36,430 nucleotides of DNA from a virus (taxonomy: Duplodnaviria > Caudoviricetes), in IMG/VR virus record IMGVR_UViG_3300020045_003023, positions 1 to 36,430 of that record. One strand, given 5' to 3'. Every line of letters begins with the position of its first letter. Positions within the stretch are counted from its first letter, which is position 1. The translations under genes were made by a program, and so were the position numbers. The notes under the pieces are model-generated. The model made no database searches and was not told the origin of the DNA. It saw only the letters and a program-made list of their open reading frames with translations. This document shows positions 27,253 through 36,430 of this stretch, piece by piece.

Positions 27253-27308
27253 GCCCGGCTAGCCGGGCATCTTATACCGCCAAGAGCCACGCTTTGCGGG
27301 CTCTTTTT
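27253..27308 (+). terminator. Hairpins terminating the convergent acidic ORF and primase
   Basis: Palindrome GCCCGGCTAGCCGGGC (27253-27268), then AGAGCC..CGCTTTGCG..GGCTCT-TTTT (27283-27308). Confidence 0.5.
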
Positions 27309-29508
27309 GTATCCGCCCGGCCGCAACCATTGCCTCAAGCGTCTGCTCGACGTCCTGGCGTTTATAAGGACGGCAGCGATTAGACAGTACCCCCAGCGTT
27401 TCCCCCGCCTCAGCGTCGGCCAGGTGGCTCAGGATGCGCCGGGTCAGCGCCTCGTCGTGCCGCTTGTCATCCTGCGCAGTGTTCGCCGCCGCTAGATTAA
27501 TTTTATACTCGATGTCCCGGCAGATTAGCGCAAAAGCCCAGCGCGCGTGCTCAGCAGTGATCAGCCCACTGGGCGCCCCGAGAGTGAGCGCCACTTTGAG
27601 CATCAACTCAAAACCCCTGCGCGGTATCGGCTCAAGCCCCAGACTGCGCACCTGATCTGCGCGCCGGATAAAATAGTCCAGCGCCGCGTCATAGACTGCC
27701 AGTGCGCCCTTGTCAGCTGGTACACGACTGCGCTCGTCGTAGCACTCCACGCGCAGCGCAGCGCCAGCTCTGCCGCCGCTGGCTAAGCGGCTCATGGTCA
27801 TGATGATGTGATCCGGCAGCGGCTGCGCGGAGAATTTTTTACGCGGAAGTGGGTTGGTATCCGGCTCCGATACGATCAGCGCGCGCCCGAAGAAGCCGTT
27901 GGCTGTCTGCTCGTAGTCCACCAGAGCGTCAAAAGTGATGGGGGTCGTGTACCCTATCATGCTCAAAAACGGCCGGTCAAGCCCGTGATCTATCGTGCTG
28001 AGCTGCCGCGTGATGCTTTCCAAGCGGCCGGCCAGGCGGCCGGTGGAGTCGTCGTTTTCGTCGACTGACTTGCGCAGCGCGGCCGCCTCGCGCTGCAAGT
28101 CTGCTGTGACAAGCTTGCGCACGTCGCCCGACAGCAGCATGTAGCCGCTGGACTTGCTGTACGCGCTCATCAAGTAGCCCACGACCCCCTCAAGATATGA
28201 CGCGCTGCCCTTGAGCCGTGCGTTTTTGATCTTGTGCAGCAAGATGCCGATCTCGTCGATGATGTACAGCGCAGACTGATGGTCGACCAAGTTGCGCGTG
28301 ATCTCCTGCTCGGACTTTATCGTGCCATGGGTCGCCGGGCCGATCCCTGCGGCTCGGTGCAGCATCGCTTGGGCGCCTTGGACCGCCTCTTTGCCGGTGG
28401 CGCTGCCAGCGACGCAAAAGATAAAATGGTTGCTGGTGGCCCCATGGGTCGCGCACTCATAGCGCAGCCCGGCCGCGTTTCCGACCGCCGCCAGTGCGGC
28501 AGCTACAGCAAGGCGCTCGCGCGGGTAGCGACACTGCGAGTCAATCCACGCGGACACCATCCCTACAAACCCCGGAGGGCGCAGCAGGTCGATGCCGCTT
28601 GTGTCGATCAGCGCCGCGGGCTCTGGATCGTCGTCCTGCTCAAAAGCCGACGCGTCAAAAGTGACCGGCGCAGACCACCCGGCGCGCTCGGCGTGGTATA
28701 TCAGCGTGCCGATAGTGACGGCAGTGCCGCCATGGCACCGACCGAAACTGTGCCATTTTTTGTCACACTCCCCGCGCTGATATTTTTTCCCGCGAGCGCT
28801 CCATACGTCCCACAGATCAAGCCCCGCCCCGCCTGTTGCGTCATGCACCGCCATTCCCAGCTGCACCCACGTCTCATAGTCGACGTCTGGATCTATCACC
28901 GCCAGCATCCCGGCTATGTCATCGCTCGACACGTCCACGATGCCGCCGCTGTGCTCGGCGCGGTGACGATCCGGCTGGCGCAGCAGCTCCAGCAGCTCGG
29001 CAGGAGCCGGCCCGATGTCGCACGGGTGACCTTTTTCCGCATCGTACGTCAGCCCCGACGCATGCAGCGAGCCAGCGCCCACTACGTAGCCCGAGCTCTT
29101 AAAATCGATGCCGGGCAGACTCTTGACGTGCGACACCAGCGCCGCATCAGCTGGCGCTCTGAAGTAGATATGCCATCCACCCCCGCCGGTGGCCACGACA
29201 AAGCCTGACTGCTCTTTGAGCGGCAGCCCCATGCGGGTGTATGACTCCATCCCGCCGTTGCGCGGGTCGATGTCTACTACTAGCAGCCCGTCGGAGACCA
29301 GCACACCCCAGCCGGTCGCAAGCTGCCCCATCATCTGCATGACGTCTAGCTGCTCATCTGACCAGTGCGGTGTGTGCTGCCACGCCGCTGAGCGCGGGTG
29401 TTTAAGCGGCGACACGCACGACGGGTTACCGCAGTCGCATTTGCCGTCGGTGGCCCCGTGCAACCCAAAAATCCGCAGCCCTGCCTCGATGTAGTCCATG
29501 TGGTTCAT
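27259..29508 (-). CDS. DNA primase: bifunctional prim-pol + PriCT-2 + P-loop domain + C-terminal wHTH
   Basis: CDCGNPSC..KHP, VVDIDPRNGG, TGGGGWHIYF, YETWVQLGMA..WDVWS, GSATGKE, IIDEIG. Confidence 0.9.
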   Translation of the reverse strand: MNHMDYIEAGLRIFGLHGATDGKCDCGNPSCVSPLKHPRSAAWQHTPHWSDEQLDVMQMMGQLATGWGVLVSDGLLVVDIDPRNGGMESYTRMGLPLKEQSGFVVATGGGGWHIYFRAPADAALVSHVKSLPGIDFKSSGYVVGAGSLHASGLTYDAEKGHPCDIGPAPAELLELLRQPDRHRAEHSGGIVDVSSDDIAGMLAVIDPDVDYETWVQLGMAVHDATGGAGLDLWDVWSARGKKYQRGECDKKWHSFGRCHGGTAVTIGTLIYHAERAGWSAPVTFDASAFEQDDDPEPAALIDTSGIDLLRPPGFVGMVSAWIDSQCRYPRERLAVAAALAAVGNAAGLRYECATHGATSNHFIFCVAGSATGKEAVQGAQAMLHRAAGIGPATHGTIKSEQEITRNLVDHQSALYIIDEIGILLHKIKNARLKGSASYLEGVVGYLMSAYSKSSGYMLLSGDVRKLVTADLQREAAALRKSVDENDDSTGRLAGRLESITRQLSTIDHGLDRPFLSMIGYTTPITFDALVDYEQTANGFFGRALIVSEPDTNPLPRKKFSAQPLPDHIIMTMSRLASGGRAGAALRVECYDERSRVPADKGALAVYDAALDYFIRRADQVRSLGLEPIPRRGFELMLKVALTLGAPSGLITAEHARWAFALICRDIEYKINLAAANTAQDDKRHDEALTRRILSHLADAEAGETLGVLSNRCRPYKRQDVEQTLEAMVAAGRIQKEPAKRGSWRYKMPG

Positions 29509-29693
29509 GCGCGCGGCTCCGCATCGTCAGCATCGTCAGCGCGTAGTACGCCCTTGCTGATGCGCTCCAGCCGGTAGGCTTGCAGCTCTGGCACGACCGA
29601 CCCCCACTGATACACAGCCTGGGTCGACAGCCCCAGCGCGTCAGCGAGCCGGCGCACTGTAACAAAATATCTGACAGCGTCTTTCGTCCTCAT
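29505..29693 (-). CDS. Cro-like HTH regulator
   Basis: MRTKDAVRYF..LADALGLSTQAVYQWG..VPELQAYRLERIS; likely start at 29693. Confidence 0.85.
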   Translation of the reverse strand: MRTKDAVRYFVTVRRLADALGLSTQAVYQWGSVVPELQAYRLERISKGVLRADDADDAEPRA

Positions 29694-29721
29694 CTTTTTA
29701 AACCTCGCTTGCAAATTGTGC

Positions 29722-29750
29722 TTGACAAGATACCACGCCACAAATAATCT
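29722..29750 (+). promoter_or_regulatory. Divergent promoter region between cro/primase and the recombination operon
   Basis: TTGACA-N17-TAATCT on +; TGGTATCTT extended -10 on -; CAAGAT/ATCTTG inverted repeat. Confidence 0.5.
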
Positions 29751-29784
29751 TGCTACACACCGCACAACCCAAGGAGTAAAAAAA

Positions 29785-30605
29785 ATGTTTGCCCCCCCCA
29801 AAATAGACCCGCCCATGATCACGATCGTGGGCGGAGCAGGAGCCGGCAAGACGACGCTGGCCGCGTTGTTCCCAGCGCCTGTTTTTGTCCAGGCTGAAGG
29901 GTCACAGTCGGTTTTTGAGACATGGGACGATGACGCACGCCCGAAATTCATGCCGCCGCTGGAGGCGGCAACGAAAAAGAATAAACTGTCAGTAAAGGAG
30001 CAAGTTATTGACCAACTCCGCTGGCTTGCGACTCAAGAGCATGACCGGCAGACGGTCGTTATAGACACAGTGACATCGCTAAATGCTATGTTTGAAGACG
30101 AGCTGTGTATCGAGCACGGTGTGGCGGCAATCAGCGATGCGTGCGGCGGGTACAACAAAGGCTTTCAGGCCACAGCGATGATGCACCGCGACGTACAGAT
30201 AGCGGGCCAGAAATTGAGAAAAATTAAAAACATGGCAGTAGTTTTCCTTGCCCACACCGGCCTGCAAAAGGTGAAAAACCGCCCGGACACGGACGACTAC
30301 ACGACATACGGCATCGACATGCCTGCGCTGTCGGTGCCGGTGTACACTAACCTGATGGACGCGGTTTTTTATGTCGTCAAAGAGGCGTTTGTGAAGGGCG
30401 CTGAGACAAACAAAAGAGGCCAGACAACAAAATTCGGAAAGTTAATCCAGACGGGTGACAGAAAAATTATAACTACAAGTGACGGAATTATCGGGTACAC
30501 CCTGGCCAAAAGCCGCTACCCCATCGAACCAGAAATACCGCTGCCGCACGATGGGACGAATCCACTTTTATCTTTTATCCCTTTTTACAATCAAGGAGCA
30601 AAAAA

Positions 30606-30609
<4 letters not shown>
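29785..30609 (+). CDS. AAA_24 / Sak4-like ATPase (single-strand annealing recombinase type)
   Basis: AAGGAG RBS; GGAGAGKTT, VVIDTV, VFLAH, AKSRY. Confidence 0.85.
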
Positions 30610-31155
<546 letters not shown>

Positions 31156-31187
31156 TATCCAAAACAATTTTTAATTGGAGTTAAAAT

Positions 31188-31697
31188 ATGAGCAATTTTT
31201 TCGGATCAGCAGCAAATACGGACGGGACTTACGAGCAAGCCGGCGGCGAACCGCTACCGGAAAACACCGTTGTCCTGGCGGCTCTTGAGTCTGTGGGTTA
31301 TGACACCTATGAAGGCGATACAACGATTAAATGCACATGGGTTGTGCTCAAGGGCGAATACCAAAACCGAAAGGTTTTCCAAAAAATCCGCAGCGAGGAT
31401 AGCGACAGCAGCAAGCGCGAAAAGGCGCTGAAAATGCTGGCGGCGATAGATCACAACTGCGGCGGAAAATTGGTGGCGGCCGGAACAAAACCAACGGACT
31501 TGTCGTTGCAGTCGGCGCTTGCGAACAAACCGATGTTTCTTAAGCTAGGACTGTGGGAAATGAACGGCAAAACGGGCAACTGGGTAAAAGCAGTCGCGCC
31601 CGCGAAAAAGCAAACGGACGCTGCTGCGCAACAAGTGCGGCGCCAATCGCCGGCCGCTGTCGCGGATGGCTTCGATGGCGACGACATCCCGTTCTGA
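31188..31697 (+). CDS. Single-stranded DNA-binding protein (DUF669-like)
   Basis: GEYQNRKVFQKI, GNWVKAV and acidic tail DDIPF. Confidence 0.85.
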   Translation: MSNFFGSAANTDGTYEQAGGEPLPENTVVLAALESVGYDTYEGDTTIKCTWVVLKGEYQNRKVFQKIRSEDSDSSKREKALKMLAAIDHNCGGKLVAAGTKPTDLSLQSALANKPMFLKLGLWEMNGKTGNWVKAVAPAKKQTDAAAQQVRRQSPAAVADGFDGDDIPF

Positions 31698-31754
31698 TGT
31701 TAAAAAACACGCGCGCTCAAAATGCGCGCAACCACACAACAATGGAGAAAAAAA

Positions 31755-32615
31755 ATGGAACAGCGAACGAAAGAATGGTTTGACGCACGCCGCGGACGCA
31801 TCACCGGCAGCCGCGCTGGCGCAATTCTTGGATTGTCTCCGTGGATGAAACCGCACGAAGCTATGCGCGCCATGGTGCGAGAATGGCACGGCGCAGAAAG
31901 CGAATTTACCGGCAATGTTGCGACAGAATACGGCTCGAAATTCGAACCGTACGCGCTGGCCGATATTGCGCTGGAGACCGGGTTTAATGTCGAGCCATGC
32001 GGTTTTTTTGAGTATGCCGATTGGCTGGGCGCATCGCCTGATGGACTCATCGGGGACGATGCAGTTGTCGAGTGCAAATGTCCATACAGCCTGCGCAACG
32101 ACGAAAACCCGGTCTTCAAAATTGCGAAAGAACAGCCGCACTATTACGTCCAAATTCAGCTTGAAATGCTGTGCGCTGAAAAAAATAAATGCTATTTTTA
32201 TCAGTGGACCCCGCGCGGATATTCGATGCTGGAAGTTGTTTATCTTGACGAAACATTTCTCGCGGAAATGCTGCCAAAACTGCGCGAGTTTTACGACCGT
32301 TACCGTATCGAGCGCGCCGACGAAAACTCACCGCATCTTGAGCCGCTCATCAAGATCATGACCGACACAGACTGGGGCGATGAGTACCGCTCGGCAGTCG
32401 AACACTTGGCGCTGGCACAAAAGCGCGTGGACAATCTGCGCGAAAAATTGATCGAAAAAGCAGGCGGCCAAAAATGCCAGTTTGGCGACTTGCTAGTATA
32501 TCCAACCGAGCGCGCTGGGTCTGTGTCGTACTCCAAGATCGTCAAAGACCTGCTGCCCAATGCTGACCTTGAGCCGTACCGCGGCAAACCGTCAACGGTG
32601 TGGGTGCTGAAGTAG
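31755..32615 (+). CDS. YqaJ / lambda-exonuclease family nuclease
   Basis: MEQRTKEWFDARRGRITGS, GASPDGL, ECKCP, YYVQIQLEM. Confidence 0.93.
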   Translation: MEQRTKEWFDARRGRITGSRAGAILGLSPWMKPHEAMRAMVREWHGAESEFTGNVATEYGSKFEPYALADIALETGFNVEPCGFFEYADWLGASPDGLIGDDAVVECKCPYSLRNDENPVFKIAKEQPHYYVQIQLEMLCAEKNKCYFYQWTPRGYSMLEVVYLDETFLAEMLPKLREFYDRYRIERADENSPHLEPLIKIMTDTDWGDEYRSAVEHLALAQKRVDNLREKLIEKAGGQKCQFGDLLVYPTERAGSVSYSKIVKDLLPNADLEPYRGKPSTVWVLK

Positions 32616-32639
32616 CCAAAAAAACCAGGAGATTAAAAA

Positions 32640-33665
32640 ATGGAAACCGAAAAAAATATTATTGAAATCCCAAAACAAAACGCATTTGAAGTGTTCAGCA
32701 CAGAAAAAGGAGTTGATCCTTTTTTGGTAAAAATTCGCGAAGAAATCGACGCGTTTATTCCTGACGCGTCGACAAAAAAAGGCCGCGATGAAATCGCATC
32801 GATGGCGTATAAGGTCGCCAGGTCTAAGACCGCTCTTGATGAAGTCGGCAAAGCCCTTGTCGCCGACCTGAAAGAGCTTCCGAAAAAAATTGATGCTGAG
32901 CGCAAGCGCGTGCGCGAAACTCTTGACGCATGGCGCGATGAAGTCCGCAAGCCGTTAACGGACTGGGAATGCGCAGAAGAAGATAGAAAAAAGCGCCATC
33001 AAATGCGCCTTGATATGCTGCTAGATGCACACACTGACGGCATGACAGCGCAGCAAATTGCAGAAAAACTAGGCGCAATCTCAGAAGTAGCAATCGATTA
33101 TTCTTTTGAAGAATTTCAGATGCTGGCGCATAAGGCAAAAACCGCTGCTGTAGCAAAACTATCAAGCGCGCTGGAAGAAAGAAAAAAACAAGATGAAGAG
33201 CAGGAGGAGCTAGCGCGCCTGCGCGCAGAATCTCAGGCTCGCGCGCAGAAAGAGCGTGAAGAGTTCATGGTGCGCGAGGCTGAAGATCGTGCGCGCAAAG
33301 AAGCAGAGCGCGCAGCGCAAGCAGAACAACTGGCGGCAGCAATGCGCGAAGCAGAAGCCGTTGCAGCAGCTGAACGCGCGAAACGCGAAGCAGTGGAAGC
33401 CGAACAGCGCGCAGAAAGAGCTGAGCGCGAGGCGGCAGCAAGAGCAAAAGCAGCAGCCGAAGCAGAGCGCCAGAGAATCGAGCGCGCAGCCCATGAGGCA
33501 AAAAAACTAGACGAAGAAAGAGCAAGAGACACTGAGCATCGTAAGACTGCCAACCGCGAAGCTCTTGACGCTTTTGTCGCCGGAGGTCTATCAGAGACTG
33601 ATGCAAAAACGGCCATATCTTTGATCGTCAAAAATCAAATCCCTCGCATCAAGATGGTGTACTGA
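32640..33665 (+). CDS. Conserved phage coiled-coil protein
   Basis: KGRDEIASMAYKVARSKT..IDAERK; E/A/R-rich helix. Confidence 0.8.
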   Translation: METEKNIIEIPKQNAFEVFSTEKGVDPFLVKIREEIDAFIPDASTKKGRDEIASMAYKVARSKTALDEVGKALVADLKELPKKIDAERKRVRETLDAWRDEVRKPLTDWECAEEDRKKRHQMRLDMLLDAHTDGMTAQQIAEKLGAISEVAIDYSFEEFQMLAHKAKTAAVAKLSSALEERKKQDEEQEELARLRAESQARAQKEREEFMVREAEDRARKEAERAAQAEQLAAAMREAEAVAAAERAKREAVEAEQRAERAEREAAARAKAAAEAERQRIERAAHEAKKLDEERARDTEHRKTANREALDAFVAGGLSETDAKTAISLIVKNQIPRIKMVY

Positions 33666-35440
33666 TGACCCTGCGCCCATACCAGCTGCGCAGCGCAGAC
33701 GCCATCATCAATCACGTACGGCGCAGCACTGCGCCGTGCTTGATCGAGGCAGCAACCGGCGCAGGCAAAAGCCACATCATCGCGCACGTTGCGCAGTGGC
33801 TGCACAAGCACAGCGGCAAGCGCGTTTTGTGTACTGCGCCGAGCGCGGAACTTGTGACACAGAACCGCGAGAAATATCTAGCAACTGGGAACCCTGCGAG
33901 TATTTTCAGCGCAACCGCTGGCGGAAAATGTCTCAAGCATCCGGTGATTTTTGGCACGCCGCTGACGATAAAAAACAGCGTCGAAGCGTTCGACGCGCGA
34001 TACTGCGCTGTGATCATCGACGAGGCGCACGGGATAACGCCAACCATCCGCGAGCTCGTGGACGCGATGCGCACGGCGAATAAAAACCTGCGCATCATCG
34101 GCATGACTGCCACCCCGTACCGCATGGGTGACGGCTACATCTACGGGCGTCACGGCGATACAGTGCTGAGCGATGACTATGCCGCTGAGCCTTTTTTTGC
34201 CGAGCTGGTAGACAGGATCACGGCGCAAGAGCTGATCCAGATGGGCTACCTGACCGCTCCGCTTGCGCACGATCCAGCGACGCACTATGACACATCGGCA
34301 CTAGAGCGCAGCAGCACAGGCAGCTGGACTGCGGATAGTGTGGATCGCGCGTTCACCGGCCAAGGGCGTCTGACCGCTGAGATCGTCGCTGAGGTAGTGG
34401 AGCTGTCGCGCGATCGTCTGGGGGTGATGTTTTTCGCGGCGTCTATCAAGCACGCTCAAGAGGTGCTAGCCAGCCTGCCGCCAGCGCTTGCCCGGCTGGT
34501 GACCGGCGAGACAAGCGCCGCCGAGCGCGCAAAAGTTGTGTCAGATTTCAAATCGCGGAAATTCAAATACCTGGTCAATGTCGCGGTTTTCACGACCGGA
34601 TTTGACGCCCCGCACGTTGATGTAATCGCGCTGCTCAGGCGCACGGAAAGCGCGGCACTGCTACAGCAAATTATCGGGCGCGGCCTGCGCTTGAGTGATG
34701 GCAAGCAAAATTGTCTGATCCTGGACTACGCCGAAAATATTTCAAATCAAGAGCTAGACGATGATATTTTTTCTCCAAAAATCCGTGCGAAAAAGAACGG
34801 CGAGCCAGGGATGCCGATCAGTGCGCGATGCCCGCTGTGCAGTGTGATCAACAAGTTCGCGGCCAGGCCAAACCCGGACGGCTACGCTGTGGATGAGTTC
34901 GGCTACTGCCTGGATCTGACGGGTGCGCAACTGCCGTTGCCTGCGCATTTCGGCCGGCGCTGCTGGGGTGCAGACAGACGCACTGGCGAGCGATGCGGCT
35001 ACCGTTGGACACTGAAAATCTGCGACCACTGCGCACACGAAAACGACATCGCCGCTCGGTACTGTGAAAAATGCCGAGGCGAATTGGTTGATCCGAACGA
35101 AAAACTTGTGCGAGATTTTAAGCGCATGAAACGCGATCCGTCAGCGCTCAGCACTGATGCCGTGATCCATGCGGACGGCATGAAAACCCTGAGCCGAAAA
35201 GGTGATGAGATAATCCGCGTTGACATCCGCACGGAGTACCGCACGTTTCCAGCGTGGTTCACACCGACGTTTCGAAAAAAATGGGTGCTGCTGTGCCGCG
35301 CGCTGGATATATCGACAGACAGCACGCCGGCGGAGGTTTCAATTCTCGCCGACTGGTCGAAGATCAAAACCGTGTCAGCGAAAAAGGACGGCGATTTTTT
35401 TACAATTTTTGCATTTAACGAGCCGGAGGACGCACTATGA
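33665..35440 (+). CDS. Superfamily 2 (DEAH) DNA helicase with C-terminal Zn ribbons
   Basis: LRPYQ, ATGAGKS, DEAH, TATP, TGFDAP, QIIGRGLR and CxxC pairs. Confidence 0.95.
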   Translation: MTLRPYQLRSADAIINHVRRSTAPCLIEAATGAGKSHIIAHVAQWLHKHSGKRVLCTAPSAELVTQNREKYLATGNPASIFSATAGGKCLKHPVIFGTPLTIKNSVEAFDARYCAVIIDEAHGITPTIRELVDAMRTANKNLRIIGMTATPYRMGDGYIYGRHGDTVLSDDYAAEPFFAELVDRITAQELIQMGYLTAPLAHDPATHYDTSALERSSTGSWTADSVDRAFTGQGRLTAEIVAEVVELSRDRLGVMFFAASIKHAQEVLASLPPALARLVTGETSAAERAKVVSDFKSRKFKYLVNVAVFTTGFDAPHVDVIALLRRTESAALLQQIIGRGLRLSDGKQNCLILDYAENISNQELDDDIFSPKIRAKKNGEPGMPISARCPLCSVINKFAARPNPDGYAVDEFGYCLDLTGAQLPLPAHFGRRCWGADRRTGERCGYRWTLKICDHCAHENDIAARYCEKCRGELVDPNEKLVRDFKRMKRDPSALSTDAVIHADGMKTLSRKGDEIIRVDIRTEYRTFPAWFTPTFRKKWVLLCRALDISTDSTPAEVSILADWSKIKTVSAKKDGDFFTIFAFNEPEDAL

Positions 35441-35838
35441 AATTCCCAGACTGGTTTGAAGTTTTTGGAGATCAATCGTTTCGCGGAGAATGTCCAAGCG
35501 AAGCCGTTGAGCAAGTGACTTTTTTTGCTGAGCTTGGCCGCAGGCGGCCTGCGCTGCGCATGATAGCCATCCACCCACGAAACGAAGGAAAACGCACGCA
35601 CGGGCAGGCGGCACGGCACAAGGCTGAGGGCATGACCAAAGGAGCGGCCGACATCATCATCCCGGGGCGACCGTCGTTTGTGTGTGAGCTTAAGCGCAAA
35701 GACCACACCCAGAGCCGCTGGCAGAACGGGCAGCTTGAGTATCTTGCAGGATGTGATACCCAGGGCGCGTTTGTGTGCGTCGCGCTCGGCTGGGAGGCAG
35801 CACTTGAGGCTGTCGAGGAGTGGTATGCTGCCGGCTGA
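35437..35838 (+). CDS. VRR-NUC nuclease (Holliday junction resolvase-like)
   Basis: E..EQ, HPRNEG, GAADII, CELKR, Q.EYL. Confidence 0.88.
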   Translation: MKFPDWFEVFGDQSFRGECPSEAVEQVTFFAELGRRRPALRMIAIHPRNEGKRTHGQAARHKAEGMTKGAADIIIPGRPSFVCELKRKDHTQSRWQNGQLEYLAGCDTQGAFVCVALGWEAALEAVEEWYAAG

Positions 35839-36136
35839 TCATCACCCCCACGACGCGCGATGGCTGCGCGACCAGCTAGCCCAGATCCCAGCAAGTATGC
35901 GCGCGCGCGTGGCCCAAAAATATGCTGACCGATACTCGGATATCGTCAGCACAGAGCGCGCCAGTGGCCAGCCGCGGCGCATGATCGCTGCTGAGTCAAC
36001 AGCCCGCAGGGAGTGCAATGAGAGATTGAGATTATTTATAATCAAGCTGTTGACACAATCAAGCTGTGTGCTAACATTAACACATACACACAAGGCCACA
36101 AGAGCGTCCAACTACTCAAAAAGGAGAAAATCATGA
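35825..36136 (+). CDS. Hypothetical protein
   Basis: GAGGAG RBS before ATG 35825; the 3' end runs through the downstream promoter. Confidence 0.55.
   Translation: MLPADHHPHDARWLRDQLAQIPASMRARVAQKYADRYSDIVSTERASGQPRRMIAAESTARRECNERLRLFIIKLLTQSSCVLTLTHTHKATRASNYSKRRKS
36040..36077 (+). promoter_or_regulatory. Strong sigma70-like early promoter with direct-repeat operator
   Basis: TTGACA(36050)-N16-TAACAT with extended TG; AATCAAGCTGT at 36040 and 36057. Confidence 0.7.
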
Positions 36137-36210
36137 AACTTTTCTGGATTATGACGGGCACAAAACTATCGGGCTTAACAAGATGATCAGAAATTGATGA
36201 GGAGCAAAAA

Positions 36211-36430
36211 ATGATGAAACTTAAAAAAACCTTGGCAGCACTCAAAAACATCCCGCAGGAGTGTTTTCCAATCAGCTGGTCCATGGCGGTTGCCATGGGG
36301 GTGCTGATAGATGCCGGCCGGCGCGGCATATCGTGTGACGATGCCATGGGGGCGCTGAAGATGACGCGCCCAGGGGCAAGCATACTGCTCGGCCATCTGG
36401 TGCGCAAAGGACTTGCGCGCCGCGAGCGCA
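36211..36430 (+). CDS. 5' part of the junction-spanning winged-helix protein (continues to 165)
   Basis: GAGGAG RBS, ATG 36211, open frame into the terminal repeat. Confidence 0.7.
   Translation, partial: MMKLKKTLAALKNIPQECFPISWSMAVAMGVLIDAGRRGISCDDAMGALKMTRPGASILLGHLVRKGLARRER
36310..36430. repeat. Direct terminal repeat, copy 2
   Basis: Identical to 1-121. Confidence 0.95.

Noticed and set aside
26140-27375. Diversity-generating retroelement TR/VR pair (suggested by the BPP-1-like capsid and the duplicated segment)
   Set aside because: No reverse transcriptase is present, and the differences are synonymous third-position changes rather than adenine-specific.
28234-29208. Long plus-strand ORF (324 aa) and similar antisense ORFs
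   Set aside because: They lie opposite well-supported genes and are expected shadows in GC-rich coding DNA.
29792-29799. C8 tract at the start of the AAA ATPase as a phase-variation switch
   Set aside because: The frame is intact in a likely core gene, and there is no evidence of variation from sequence alone.
32640-33665. TolA or tail tape-measure protein
   Set aside because: The similarity is only coiled-coil composition; the gene lies in the replication operon of a podovirus.

Overview
The window is almost certainly one complete, circularly assembled tailed-phage genome of about 36.3 kb: bases 1-121 are identical to 36310-36430, and a gene reads across the junction. The minus strand (25759 to 3520) carries a podovirus-type late operon. 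In order it encodes extra Thr/Ala-rich virion-like proteins, TerS, TerL, portal, scaffold, BPP-1-like major capsid and cement proteins, adaptor, P22 gp10-like hub, ejection proteins, an SGNH tailspike, an M15 endolysin and holin-like genes. A divergent replication/recombination block lies beside an AT-rich origin. It contains a prim-pol primase, Cro-like protein, AAA ATPase, SSB, YqaJ exonuclease, SF2 helicase and VRR-NUC. I found no integrase, CI repressor, DNA or RNA polymerase, tRNA or CRISPR array. The most interesting part is the early accessory region (36040 through the junction to 3519). It has (i) a Csx20-like candidate ring nuclease/anti-type-III-CRISPR gene behind a wHTH gene, (ii) a 5'-truncated RyR-domain gene, and (iii) a DNA methyltransferase packaged like an integron gene cassette, with an inverted attC-like hairpin and 14-bp complementary core sites, in a genome lacking an integron integrase. 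Also notable is a second protein across the origin that keeps a near-identical copy of the primase C-terminal helix, with mostly synonymous divergence. All family assignments come from motif recognition by eye; no searches were run.
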